Source of the DNA: Bispira polyomma
Lineage: Eukaryota
DNA length: 64,000 nt
Assembly: GCA_965649765.1 (NCBI GenBank)
Contig: OZ287748.1
Coordinates: 11,470,001-11,534,000, forward strand
Reading direction: 5' to 3'
Position 1 is the stretch's first letter, and each line of letters begins with the position of its first letter. This document shows positions 25,597-38,929 of this stretch, piece by piece. The notes under the pieces are model-generated. The model was not told the origin of the DNA. It did not search any database and saw nothing but the letters and a program-made list of their open reading frames with translations. Position numbers and translations under genes: made by a program.

Positions 25597-26859
25597 AATA
25601 GTATGCTACTTATTGGTCGTAGAGATTTGGAATGGGAATGGGTTGGCTGGTCAGATACTGTGAATGTCAAATGGGGGCAATCAAGTATTAAAAAATTCAT
25701 TGACAATGATGGCAGTCTCTGTACATAGAGGGCTCAACAAGTCGCTTTTAAAGGGTATCACAGGCTATTGCCTGCATGGAGCAAGTTCATTTTTGGTACG
25801 CAGAATTCTTATTTTGGAGCTGCAAGTGTGCAATTATTTCAGGCTACATGTTGACCTTAACTTACTAGTCAGAATTAAAGCACTTTATTTACTTGGGGAA
25901 ATCTGAAGCATGCTATTATATATTCTGACCTACAGATGACAGTTATAATCCAATAGGTTGTTGCACCACCTATCCTACCTCGGTTTTAATGAACTGGTGG
26001 TTTTTCAATGCACATGTATATAGGGAAAACCAATGTTGCTAAGATCTATTCAAATGTTTTTTGAAACTTTTTATTTTTCTTCTTTTTTTTCGCTTTACAA
26101 TTTCATAAATTTACATTTCATAAAATAGTCCATAAACAACTTGAAGGAATCATGAACAGTTGCAAGAAAACAATATTTTTTTTTCCTTTCCTTGAAAGCA
26201 CTTTTGAATTAGTATATGTACATATGTAACTTGTAATTATATATATATATAACGTGTTCTATATATATGACATCTGTCTATATATACATACATAAAGGAA
26301 AGAAACAAAATTTATCCCTCAACAGAAAAATAATCTTTGTACTAAACTAATGATATATTCAAACTATGCTACACAAATAATACAGTAGAAAGCAGGACAT
26401 GCACAAAATACAGTACCGCTGTAATGTACAATTTACTAGTGATAAAACAGACAACTCTATTCTACAATGTATTGCATATTTCCCCCCCTCTTGAAAGTAC
26501 TGTGCTGTTACAGAATTCAAAAGAAACCAATCCTTAGTTTGATGTGTAGCAGCACAGATACTCAACATTGCAATTTGCCCATTACTTGTTATGTATATTT
26601 TTATGTTTGTTTTTTCAAGTTTTACCCATAACCACTGTTAGGAAATTGTTAAGAAATGATGAAAAGACAAAGACTTATAAAAAAATAAATATCGAGGAAA
26701 ATTAACCCATAATAGTAATATAATCATACACACAGAACTACTGCAAAATAGTGTAACACTGTCTTAATACAGTGAAATATGACTAGCTTTTCACAAGTAA
26801 GAGACACGGGGAAAGCACAAAGAAAAGCTGGAGCTTATTCTAACACAAACTGAACAACA

Positions 26860-28472
26860 CTATAATCCACAAGAGGTAAAGTAAACCCAGTGTTACAACT
26901 GATTTAGTAATCCACAAGAGGTGAATGAAGACCCAGTGTAACAACTGTCTTAGTAATCCACAAGAGGTTTAGTATGACCCAGTGTAACAACTGTCTTAGT
27001 AATCCACAAGAAGTGAAGACCAGTGTAACAACTGTCTCAGTAATCCACAAGAGATTACGTAAGACCCAGTGTAACAACTGTCTTAGTAATCCACAAGAGG
27101 TTAAGTGAGACCTGGTGTAACAACTGTCTTAGTAATCCACAAGAGGTAAGTAAAACCCAGTGTAACAACTGTCTCAGTAATCCACGAGAGGTTAAGTAAG
27201 ACCCAGTGTAACAACTGTCTTAGTAATCCACAAGAGGTTTAGTATGACCCGGTGTAACAACTGTCTTAGTAATTCACAATAAGTGAAGACCAGTGTAACA
27301 ACTGTCTTAGTAATCCACAAGAGATTAAGTAAGACCCAGTGTAACAACTGTCTTAGTAATCCACAAGAGGTAAGTAAGACTCAGTGTAACAACTGTTTTA
27401 GTAATCCACAAGAGGTTAAGTAAGACCCAGTGTAATAACTGTCTTAGTAATCCACAAGAGGTTTAGTATGACCCGGTGTAACAACTGTCTTAGTAATTCA
27501 CAATAAGTGAAGACCAGTGTAACAACTGTCTTAGTAATCCACAAGAGATTACGTAAGACCCAGTGTAACAACTGTCTTAGTAATCCACAAGAGGTTAAGT
27601 GAGACCTGGTGTAACAACTGTCTTAGTAATCCACAAGAGGTAAGTAAAACCCAGTGTAACAACTGTCTCAGTAATCCACGAGAGGTTAAGTAAGACCCAG
27701 TGTAACAACTGTCTTAGTAATCCACAAGAGGTTTAGTATGACCCGGTGTAACAACTGTCTTAGTAATTCACAATAAGTGAAGACCAGTGTAACAACTGTC
27801 TTAGTAATCCACAAGAGATTAAGTAAGACCCAGTGTAACAACTGTCTTAGTAATCCACAAGAGGTAAGTAAGACTCAGTGTAACAACTGTTTTAGTAATC
27901 CACAAGAGGTTAAGTAAGACCCAGTGTAATAACTGTCTTAGTAATCCACAAGAGGTTAAGCATGACCAGTGTAACAACTGTCTTAGTAATCCACAAGAGG
28001 TTTAGTATGACCCAGTGTAACAACTGTCTTAGTAATTCACAAGAAGTGAAGACCAGTGTAACAACTGTCTTAGTAATCCACAAGAGATTAAGTAAGACCC
28101 AGTGTAACAACTGTCTTAGTAATCCACAAGAGGTAAGTAAGACTCAGTGTAACAACTGTCTTAGTAATCCACAAGAGGTTAAGTAAGACCCAGTGTAACA
28201 ACTGTCTTAGTAATCCACAAGAGATTAAGTAAGACCCAGTGTAACAACTGTCTTAGTAATCCATGAGAGGTTAAGTAAGACCCAGTGTAACAACTGTCTT
28301 AGTAATCCATGAGAGGTTAAGTAAGACCCAGTGTAACAACTGTCTTAGTAATCCACAAGAGATTACATAAGACCCAGTGTAACAACTGTCTTAATAATCC
28401 ACAACAGGTAAATTAAGACCCAGTGTTACAACGGTCTTAGTAATCCACAAGAAATTAAGTAAGACCCAGTGC
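26860..28472. repeat. 46-bp minisatellite, ~35 copies, with ~494-bp higher-order repeat
   Basis: agacccagtgtaacaactgtcttagtaatccacaagaggttaagta; diagnostic variant gagattacgt at 27051 and 27545. Confidence 0.96.
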
Positions 28473-30344
28473 TTTTCTTTGCTTGCACATTGACCTAGAA
28501 TTAAGATTAGAACATCAAAAACTGATTGTACCATTCCAGTCACGATGTACAAGTTTTGTTAATACATGAAAACCACACAAACCCCTATGTCACAAATAAA
28601 GGAAGAAATTCCTAAACAACACATTATTAAAATACCATAAAAGGAGTATTTATCAAGTATCATTTAAATACATTTACATATATCATATAGCACTTTTTGT
28701 GTTTTTCCAATACAAAATTTTCTATGTTAAGTGATAAAGAATACATTTCACCGATTAACACACTCTACATGAAGATTTATAACAGCCTGATGTTAGGCCT
28801 ATATAGCTTGGGGCATGTTAGGTTAAGCTGTGCCACCTACTTTATTTTACCAAAACATCATTTCCTATATAGAAAACAGTAAAAAGCCATATATAGCCAC
28901 AGAATATACAAAAAGATTTAACAGGTCATGTGACCTTGTGTAAACCAATGAAATTAATTGATTCCCTGCTTTTTATCCAAATTACCCTATTGTCTACTGT
29001 ATATTTTATGGTCTTGATTTATCTATGGCTTCAAAAACAAATACAGAGATCCAAATGAATCCTGATATATGTGAGATTTTAATGGACCAAAAGAAGAACT
29101 TGTACTGAAGCTGGATTTCCAGTTTCATATACTGACGGTTGGTGAAAAAAATATAGCACAACTGAAGAGAAAGGAATTTTATATTAAAAACTACAGTTAA
29201 ACTAAAGAGGAAGAAATTTTGCATTAAAACACATATGCTGAAGCAGTAGAATTGCACTGAAACTTGTATGTACAGATTTCCTAAACAAAAAAAACAAAAC
29301 AAAAAAATGCTTGGTCTGTTTGGTCAGAGCTAATTGCCAAGAAAATGCAGAACAATCATTTCAATGTCATGAAGGTGAGAATGTAACCAGTCAAGTTTTT
29401 TTTTCTGCTCAGGTTTACTAAAACACTAGGCCTCCGTCTAAAGAAACAAAACATACTTCTTAACTCAGTTATCAGTGTTACTAAGTCAAAGGTAATATTG
29501 TTAAAGATACAGCTGGAGTATTATTTTAATACCTAATTGGACAACCCTGGAAGAAATACATAAATAACAATAGCGTTTTGATTTTTCATGACACTTTCAT
29601 AAAGCTTAACCTTTCTGAGAAATGTAACAACATTAACATATTGTACTGGAAACATCACAACTTTCAGGAAGACAAAAATTAACAAGTCTTAAATTCAACA
29701 ACTTCTGCAGTTTTCAAGCTAAGCTTAAAACAACACTTCTCACCATGTTGCAGGTGAAGTACATCAACCACAATGCACTAATACAGGATATCAATACTAC
29801 AATGGAGTGCATTGTGAACAACTCTTGCTAAAGGTTTTCTCAAAATTACACAAGTTAGTAAAAGTCAAAAATCAACACAATTAACATACTTTATGTAACC
29901 TGTTCAAGGTTAAACTATATCCTGAATATATTTTATTGATTTTATACTTTTAAACATGGCACAGGGAACACATAAAACATCTATGACAACCAATGGTAAC
30001 CCTTAACATTTATCTCCCTCCTATAATAATACCCTGATTGGTTTACATCAACCCAAAACAAGAAACAGTATCACTTTACACAAACTAACAAGTTGACAAC
30101 AAAATGCACAGAATAAATAACAGAAATTTAAGTCAAATCATAAGGCCACCATTCCCTCAATAGAAGACATATTTAATCAATAGCTATCACTACGGAAGTT
30201 CATCATTTATAAAGCATTCCAGATGTGAATGACATCAGACTCCAATACAATGACAAGAGTTCACAGCTTTAGTGGGAGTGTTACTTTAGAATTACAAATG
30301 TTAGAGAATGGAAAACGGCTAGGAATAATGTCACAATCTGTTTG

Positions 30345-30890
30345 AAATTTCAGTCTCACAAACTAATACAGAAAGATTTCAGTCTAACAAATTGTACAAA
30401 AAGATTTCAGTCTAACAAATTGTACAAAAAGATTTCAGTCTTACAAATTGTACAAAAAGATTTCAGTCTAACAAATTGTACAAAAAGATTTCAGTCTTAC
30501 AAATTAGTACAGAAAGATTTTAGTCTTACAAATTAGTACAGAAAGATTTTAGTCTTATAAATCAGTACAGAAAGATTTTAGTCTTACAAATCGGAATAGA
30601 AAGATTTTAGTCTTACAAACTGGAACAGAAAGATTTCAGTCTTACAAATTGGTACAGAAAGATTTCAGTCTCACAAATCGGTACAGAAAGATTTGTCTTA
30701 CAAATTGGTACAGAAAGATTTGTCTTACAAATTGGCACAGAAAGATTTCAGTCTCACAAATCGGTACAGAAAGATTTTCGTCTTACAAACTGGTACAGAA
30801 AGATTTAGTCTTACAAATTGAAATTGGCACAGAAAACAGAAAAATTTTAGTCTTACAAATTGGTAGAAAAAGAATTCAGTCTCACAAAGA
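30345..30890. repeat. ~27-29-bp minisatellite
   Basis: gatttcagtcttacaaattggtacagaaa repeated. Confidence 0.93.
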
Positions 30891-31257
30891 CAGAACAGAG
30901 GTGGCTAATACAGTACTATTACAGCAATTTTAACCTTCGACTCATACTATTTTTGTTGAAGGCTGATCTAACACACTTTATAGCATACTCCATATTACAG
31001 AAGTATTTGTGATACATTCCCACAGCATTCAGAAAGATTACATGTACAAAGGTTTGACACACAACTTCAAAGATTTCCACAGATTATTCACAGTGTTTGG
31101 CAGTCTTATTATTTCCCTGGCAGTGTTGTTTAATCTTCCTTAATGCCAATACTGTATTCAGACAATTCTGTACAGGCGGTTGTTTACACAAATAAGATAA
31201 TAGTGAAGAGCCTACTTATTGCCCCAAAAACTTACAAGGCAGTACAGGATTAGTACA

Positions 31258-31502
31258 GGGCCCAGTCTTCTCTAAAGACAAGCTAAAACTCAGCTCTTCA
31301 GTAATGTGAGTGCATAAATCTCTCTTGTACATGAAAATAACCTGTACTTCTGACTATTCATTTTAATAAGAGCTTTCATCGCCGAATTCAAATACCCAGC
31401 CAGATTTCATGAACCTTCTTCCCCTCTAACCAAAGATAGGGATACATTATAAATCTGAGCTTGAGTCTGAGTTGGGCTTGAGAAGATTGGAGACTGTGGC
31501 CC
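31258..31502. mobile_element. Dispersed MITE family member (other decayed copies ~385-530 inverted, ~5147-5360, ~8180-8450)
   Basis: gggcccagtctt / gagactgtggccc ends; shared core attcattttaataagagctttcatcgccgaattcaaat. Confidence 0.55.
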
Positions 31503-31558
31503 TAGGATTACAGAAACACCATTATTGTAGAGTAGGTATTAAGAACTTGGTAGGTTAA

Positions 31559-32000
31559 GTGAGCGTTTCCATGCAGGCAACTTTCTGAGGCGATCAGGCG
31601 ACGGCCGACGGCGATTCTATCAGTTTCATTGATTTATAACCAAGTGTTTCCATGTGAGCAACGCCGATAGGCGACAGGCAATGCCAGGCGATTTTTTCGG
31701 TACTAGGAGCGAAAAAATCGCCTAGCATTGCCTGTCGCCTTGTAAATATTGCCGTTTTATTTAAATAACTCAAAGAATACTGAAGGTATAAATTTTGTGA
31801 AAATATGTTGAGAAAGCTTATGTTATCGGGTATATTGTGCTTTTTGTTGCATCAAAATCGGTTGAGAAATGGCTGAGATATTCAGGTTTAAATGCAGGTA
31901 TCTATTTTCTCAAATAACTGTATAGAAACATAAAAATTGAAAATTGCCTGCTATACATCGGCTGGTCGCCTCAGAAAGTTGCCTGCATGGAAACGCTCAC
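31559..32000. mobile_element. PIF/Harbinger (Tourist-type) MITE, young
   Basis: Perfect 35-bp TIR gtgagcgtttccatgcaggcaactttctgaggcga; TAA TSD on both sides. Confidence 0.92.
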
Positions 32001-32997
32001 TAATAGTAAACCGGCAGTGAATGTGTAACCTTCACCACTTAATATCAATTACAATAACTCGCCACCATATAAGTGTCCAGTTAGGAAAAAAAAATCGAAC
32101 GTTTCAGAGTGCAGCATTTAAAAAGAATATTTGTCGACCAATTCATCTGTGTTGTCATAACACAAGTTCAGATTGTCCATGCTAGAAATACTGCAGTTTA
32201 TTATGGCATTTTTGTACAATTATAGTCATTCTATGGCATCATTGACAGCATCTAGACGTAGAAAGGTTTGGTTTCCACAAGAAGGTGTATCACAGATAAT
32301 TATAATCCAAACAACTGAAGTTTTCACTTTTAAAGACATTCTTTATCAAAAAGTAAATCCACAACAGTTTCAGCACCTTTCTGGCGACATTGATACGACG
32401 TGTAAAACTGCTTTTACTGCTTTTGGGTATTTCATCCCTTATTTTTCAACATGGTTAAATCGGAGAGAGAGGCATCCATCTGACTCTATTTTTAATATAT
32501 CTGATTGTATTTGTAATCAAACTACAGCTATCCTGTATACCATTCGTATCTAATAGCAACAATAACAGAAACATAACTTTGCCACAGTCCATAATTGAAG
32601 TTTTGCTATTTTTTCTTTTTTTGGTTATAAATATGTCACATATAACTCTAATCTAAAAACTCTACGATAATATATATATATATAACTTAAGAAGAGACAA
32701 AAACAAAAAAATAGCATCTCTTTTTAAAATAAATACATCTGCACAGTGAGAAAATATAATTTATGGAAGAAAATATCTCTAATTTCTACACTAATAAAAA
32801 AAAAGAAAAAAATGCTGAGCGCTATGCTTTTATAGTTGAGGACTATTTTCATCTTCAGTGGAATTGCATGTCGTCCCTTTTTCCAAGCAGGTTTCTGATC
32901 TACGAAGCACTTTGACCTCTACCTATACATCCACACTTGTCATACTTCTTCCTCCCCACCGGTTATCTATTCTACTCCAGGATGTGATTCCATTAGA

Positions 32998-33374
32998 TCA
33001 GGCTGCCGTGTCCAGTTGTTTCCTGGTTTGGGCCATGACTGTGATATCTGGGTGCATGCTGGCTTGGTCGTCGGGTCTCCTATTATCACCCGCCGTGGCC
33101 CCCTGAATCGTCCTCCCCTCGCCGGTCTGGTTGTTCTCGAGCTCCACATCCAAGACATCCACTTTAGGGATGGGTGGCTGCTCCAGGCTGGTGATGGTAG
33201 AGGGGGCTTGTTGCTGCTCTACCTCGGGTTGTTGTTTAGCCTGGCCAGGCTCAGGGTGGACAGTAAGGAACCACTGGCTGATGTAATCCTTGAGACAGAA
33301 GGGCTGGTTGTTGTAGTAAGAGTGACCACGCTGCTCCTCCTCCTCCTTTACTGAGAGTAACACCCGGGACTTCA
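32998..33374 (-). CDS. CREB3L1/2: CREB3L1/2-like exon 10 (S1P motif RVLL, lumenal C-terminus, stop)
   Basis: tttccag|TG AAG TCC CGG GTG TTA CTC = (L)KSRVLL; 377 nt ending QLDTAA*; phase 1 matches exon 9. Confidence 0.88.
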
Positions 33375-35480
33375 CTGGAAATACAGGAAAAAAGTCAGAT
33401 ATTAAAACGTGTAAATACAAGACCAGGGACTTCACTGGAAATACATAAAAAAAGGTCAGATATTAAAACGTGTAAATACAAGACCAGGGACTTCACTACA
33501 GTACGGAGAAAAAAGGTCAGATATTAACCCTGCACACAACACGGACTTCACTGGTTACAAAGAAAAGATCAGATATTAACCCTGCACACAACACGGACTT
33601 CATTGGTAACAAAGAAAACGTCAGATATTAACCCTGCACACAACACGGACTTCATTGGTAACAAAGAAAAGGTCAGATATTAATCCCTCATACAACACAG
33701 ACTTCACTGGTAACAGTGAAAAGGTCAGATATTAACCCCCCATACAACGCAGACTTTACTGGTAACAGAGAAAAAGGTCAGATATTAACCCCTCATACAA
33801 CACAGACTTTACTGGTAACAAAGAAAAAGGTCAGATATTAACCCCTCATACAACACAGACTTCACTGGTAACAAAGAAAAGGTCAGATATTAACCCTCAT
33901 ACAATACAGACTTCACTGGTAACAAACAAAAGGTCAGATATTAACCCCTCATACAACACAGACTTCACTGGTAACAGAGAAAAGGTCAGATATTAACCCC
34001 TCATACAACACAGACTTTACTGGTAACAGTGAAAAGGTCAAATATTAACCCTGCATACAACACAGACTTCACTGGTAACAAACAAAAGGTCAGATATTAA
34101 CCCTGCACACAACACGGACTTCATTGGTAACAAAGAAAAAGTCAGATATTAACCCCTCATACAACACAGACTTTACTGGTAACAGTGAAAAGGTCAGATA
34201 TTAACCCTCATACAACACAGACTTTACTGGTAACAGAGAAAAGGTCAGATATTAACCCTGTATACAACACAGACTTCATTGGTAACAGTGAAAAGGTCAG
34301 ATATTAACCCTGCATACAACATGGACTTCATTGGTAACAAAGAAAAGGTCAGATATTAACCCCTCATACAACACAGACTTTACTGGTAACAGAGAAAAGG
34401 TCAGATATTAACCCTGCATACAACACAGACTTCACTGGTAACAGTGAAAAGGTCAGATATTAACCCCCCATACAACACAGACTTTACTGGTAACAGTGAA
34501 AAGGTCAGATATTAACCCTGCATACGACACAGACTTTACTGGTAACAGAGAAAAGGTCAGATATTAACCCCCCATACAACACAGACTTTACTGGTAACAG
34601 TGAAAAGGTCAGATATTAACCCCCCATACAACACAGACTTTACTGGTAACAGTGAAAAGGTCAGATATTAACCCCTCATACAACACAGACTTCACTGGTA
34701 ACAGAGAAAAGGTCAGATATTAACCCTGCATACAACACAGACTTCATTGGTAACAAAGAAAAGGTCAGATATTAACCCCTCATACAACACAAACTTTACT
34801 GGTAACAGTGAAAAGGTCAGATATTAACCCTGCATACAACATGGACTTCATTGGTAACAAAGAAAAGGTCAGATATTAACCCCCCATACAACACAGACTT
34901 TACTGGTAACAGTGAAAAGGTCAGATATTAACCCCTCATACAACACAGACTTTACTGGTAACAGTGAAAAGGTCAGATATTAACCCCTCATACAACACAG
35001 ACTTTACTGGTAACAGTGAAAAGGTCAGATATTAACCCTGCATACAACACAGACTTCACTGGTAACAAAGAAAAGGTCAGATATTAACCCTGCATACAAC
35101 ACAGACTTCACTGGTAACAGAGAAAAGGTCAGATATTAACCCCTCATACAACACAGACTTCACTGGTAACAGAGAAAAGGTCAGATATTAACCCTGCATA
35201 CAACACAGACTTTATTGGTAACAAAGAAAAGGTCAGATATTAACCCCTCATACAACACAGACTTCACTGGTAACAGAGAAAAGGTCAGATATTAACCCTG
35301 CATACGACACAGACTTCACTGGTAACAGTGAAAAGGTCAGATATTAACCCCCCATACAACACAGACTTTACTGGTAACAGTGAAAAGGTCAAATATTAAC
35401 CCTCATACAACACAGACTTTACTGGTAACAGAGAAAAGGTCAAATATTAAAACGTGAAATACAAGACTGGGGACTTTAAT
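33365..35480. repeat. 52-bp minisatellite (~40 units; terminal units ~60 bp) derived from the CREB3L exon 10 splice acceptor
   Basis: aggtcagatattaacccctcatacaacacagacttcactggtaacagagaaa; period 52 (33931, 33983). Confidence 0.96.
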
Positions 35481-36612
35481 GGAAGTGCAGAAAGGTCATA
35501 GCTTTAATACATCTCTAATGCACACAAGAACACTATTTCTACAACAACAATAGAAATCTGATTTAAGTGTCTTTTTAAATTTAATAAATATACTGTTCAC
35601 TCAGTCAAAAGTACTTTGGTTGAACAAAAATGTTGCAATCATAAAGTAGAAGAGGCCTTTTAACAACAGCAAAATATTAATTATGGAGATCGACAAAGAG
35701 GTTAATAGAGGTCCCAGTGTATCGTATTAAATGTGACGAAAGGAAACTATTTTATGCGAGACTAAATGTTGTACCATGCCCACACACAAGTAAACTCAGA
35801 CTTCAGTACAGAACTAGCACTTTGTGTGTCCTAATTGAAACATCATTCTTTGTGTTTTACTCTATTACTTAACATTGATATATTCCTACATAACACTGGG
35901 AAAAACTATCAGATACTATTAACATACAAACAAATCTAACATATACACAAATACTGTCTATATTGTGTACTAACTACACATGCATTGTAATATAACAGTA
36001 ATAGACTAGTCCCTGGACCCACACAAAAACATGTAAACACCAACAGAAAAGATACCATAGGCCACACAAATGTCGTCCATAGAGGTCATACTCAGATAGC
36101 AGGGGTGTCTATATGCATATACATGTGGTTCAGGAAGACACAAACTACAACTGTGAATGCGTAATCCACACCTACTCAATGAGTGTATCAGCTGTGTGTC
36201 GATAAAATACTCGGTAAAATGTTATTGCCCATAAATATTGATGGTTCATCTCAAATTGTAGTTTTCACATCATTGTATATTGTTGATCACAGGTGTGCAA
36301 ATGGAGATTACAAAACCCTATGTAGAGTACTTTTCTGTTTTAATGTTCAATGTAAATGGCCAAGCCCATTCTGTATTACTCCCCCCCCCCCCCAGCCCTA
36401 GTTGTTAGACATTACACTACCACTTACTCATCCACAGCCTCAGTACCACCCCCCAAATCACGAATTTGCATTGAAAACGGACAATATTAACAACTTTGTC
36501 AATGATGTTGTGCTTTAGAAGATGCCTGGTACCAATTAGGCGCGTTAAAAATCTATTGTATCATAGTTAAGTGGCAGAAACTCCCCTCCGTCCACCCCCA
36601 CAGTTTACTTAC

Positions 36613-36928
36613 AGTTTCCAGTACTGTAGGGGTCAGTGGAGGCCTCTTTCACTTCAGGTCCCATCACACCCACACTTTTACTGACACTGTAGTACTGCGA
36701 CTCCGCCCCACCCATCTGACCACCTCCTTCTCCCCCACCTCCCTGGCTCATACCGAGGCCATCCTCATACTTGGAGACCAACTCTTCGTAGGACGGTGCC
36801 GCCCCAAAGTGGTGGTGGTCGCTGAGACCCCCGAGGTTGCCTGGGGTGGCATTGCTGCTGCTGTAGCCAATGCTCCAGGACATGGGAGACCAAGTGCCCA
36901 GAAACACGGCAAAACACAACACCAGTAC
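36613..36928 (-). CDS. CREB3L1/2: CREB3L1/2-like exon 9 (transmembrane helix + lumenal region)
   Basis: gttgtag|GTA...T|gtaagt; 316 nt. Encodes VLVLCFAVFLGTW...DPYSTGN; TCLMVLVLCFAV matches the CREB3L2-type TM. Confidence 0.93.
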
Positions 36929-36939
36929 CTACAACAGAC

Positions 36940-37370
36940 AGGGCTAGCTGTAACCTATGGGGGATGAACTGGCTGTAAGCCATGGGGGGATGAACGGGAC
37001 TAACTGTAACCTATGGGGGATGAACTGGCTTTAGGATATGGGGGAATGAACGGGGCTAGCTGTAACCTATGGGGGATGAACTAGCTGTAAGCTATGGGGG
37101 GGGGGGGGGTGAAAGGGGCTGGCTGTAACCTATGGGGGATGAACTGGCTGTAAGTTATGGGAGATGGACTGGATGTAAGCTATGGGAGATGAAATGGGGT
37201 TAGCTGTAAGCTCTGCGGGATGAACTGGGTGTAACCTATGGGAGATAAAACGGGGCTAGCTCTAACCAAAAAGGGGATGAACTGTGACCACTGTGTGTTA
37301 GAACAGGGCTAACTGCGACCTCTGTATGTTAGAAAAAGGCCAACTGTGACCTCTGGGTGTAAGTATGGGG
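36940..37370. repeat. G-rich ~23-28-bp minisatellite abutting the exon 9 acceptor
   Basis: ggctagctgtaacctatgggggatgaac variants. Confidence 0.85.
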
Positions 37371-38929
37371 CCAGCTCTTATGTGTGATGATGTATTTCAT
37401 CCGACTACATCTTGTATTTAAGATACAATAGTATGGTACTACATGTATAAATACCTCACCGTTCAGAATAACGAATCTGACATGTAGTTTCAAAAAGGTG
37501 CCTCACCTTGGCCAAAATGGGGACAATAGAGTTTAGACCTTATTAAGATCTTGGCACTACTAGGGTTTTGTTAGGTCATAGAAGAACCACATACCTTTAT
37601 ACGTTTATGCCAATTATTCAATATTTTTATTCAGTTGTCAAGCCTCATATGTTTCATATTAACTACTCTATTTTATGTGATACGTTTTAAAAATAAAGTG
37701 ACAAGGAAAGGACTAAGGCCTAGAATTGTGATCACACATGTTATAATTAGTTGTTGTTATTTTCTTTGTTTAAGTTAATAAGATCAGCAATTTAGCAGAA
37801 GCTATATAATAACACCTTATCAACTTGATTATATTCTGTGTGTGTAGAACAAGGAGTTTATAATAATATGTTCGTTATCTTCTCAATCTGTGGGTTTTTT
37901 TTATCTAGCAAAGGGTTCCCTACAATAACAGTCTGTGTTGTAGTTATCAGTGAGAACCACAACACATGCAAGGCCACTACTAATAACATTGGTTTGTACA
38001 TCAAACAGGGACCAAAAAACCGTTTTATAGGCCAAAAAAATACAAAGGTGTTTGTACAGTTTACTGAACATACATGGGAAATTATTTTCAGCCTCAATAA
38101 TATAACTCAGTAATAAGGCGAGTATACATGTGGTTTACATTAAAAAAACATTCTAGAGATTCAAATATCCCTGAAGAGACTTTCTATTTGTTGGGTTGAC
38201 TTTTAACTCTCATAACCATTCAGAACACATGGGTTACATTAACTCTACTTTAGTTGTACACACATCTGATTATTGTACATCATGAGATCCCGTCACCAAT
38301 TGTGTACAAACAATGAAAACATGTGCAGGGTGAAGAGATATGTCCTAGTATTGTATGATTTCTACAACTGCTGCGTCAAATAAACACGCCAATCACAGGA
38401 AGTTTACCCTGGAAAACATTTGGCAGGACTAGTGTTTTTGGGAAAATACAAGCGGTTCTCACAGTTTGTGGAAACACATGTCTTAATTTCCTATGGACCA
38501 AATAAAAATGGAAATTTTCCAGGGATAAAAATGATTGCACATTGTGGTCTAGATTTACAAAGGTTTCCAAGAAAAGATATTGTTACACATGATCTTTTGG
38601 TGGCTATTATACAGATATTGAAAACAATACTAAGACATATCTACGTCATATATGTATATATATTGGCGCGCTGTGATATAATAAAATATAAATGAACATA
38701 ACACTGATTATTATATACTTTACCCTTTCACTTAACTAAATTAAAATACACAAAATAATTGTAATAACATAAATGTAACGGACTCACATCGAGCCTTATA
38801 TAGAGATGTTGTCTTTTGCCCAGTATATTGTAGCATATACAAAGAATTCTTCAACACACTGAATACTTATAGAACCTGCTTATAAAGTTCAGTGGTCTGG
38901 ACAGGAAAACAAACACCAGCAATGAAGTA

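Noticed and set aside
26860-28472. CRISPR-like appearance of this and the 33365-35480 array
   Set aside because: Head-to-tail units with no unique spacers, no cas genes, eukaryotic context.
32858-33354. Plus-strand and alternate-frame ORFs over CREB3L exons (also 36765-36983, 48769-49005, 53426-53662)
   Set aside because: Shadow ORFs of GC-richer coding exons.
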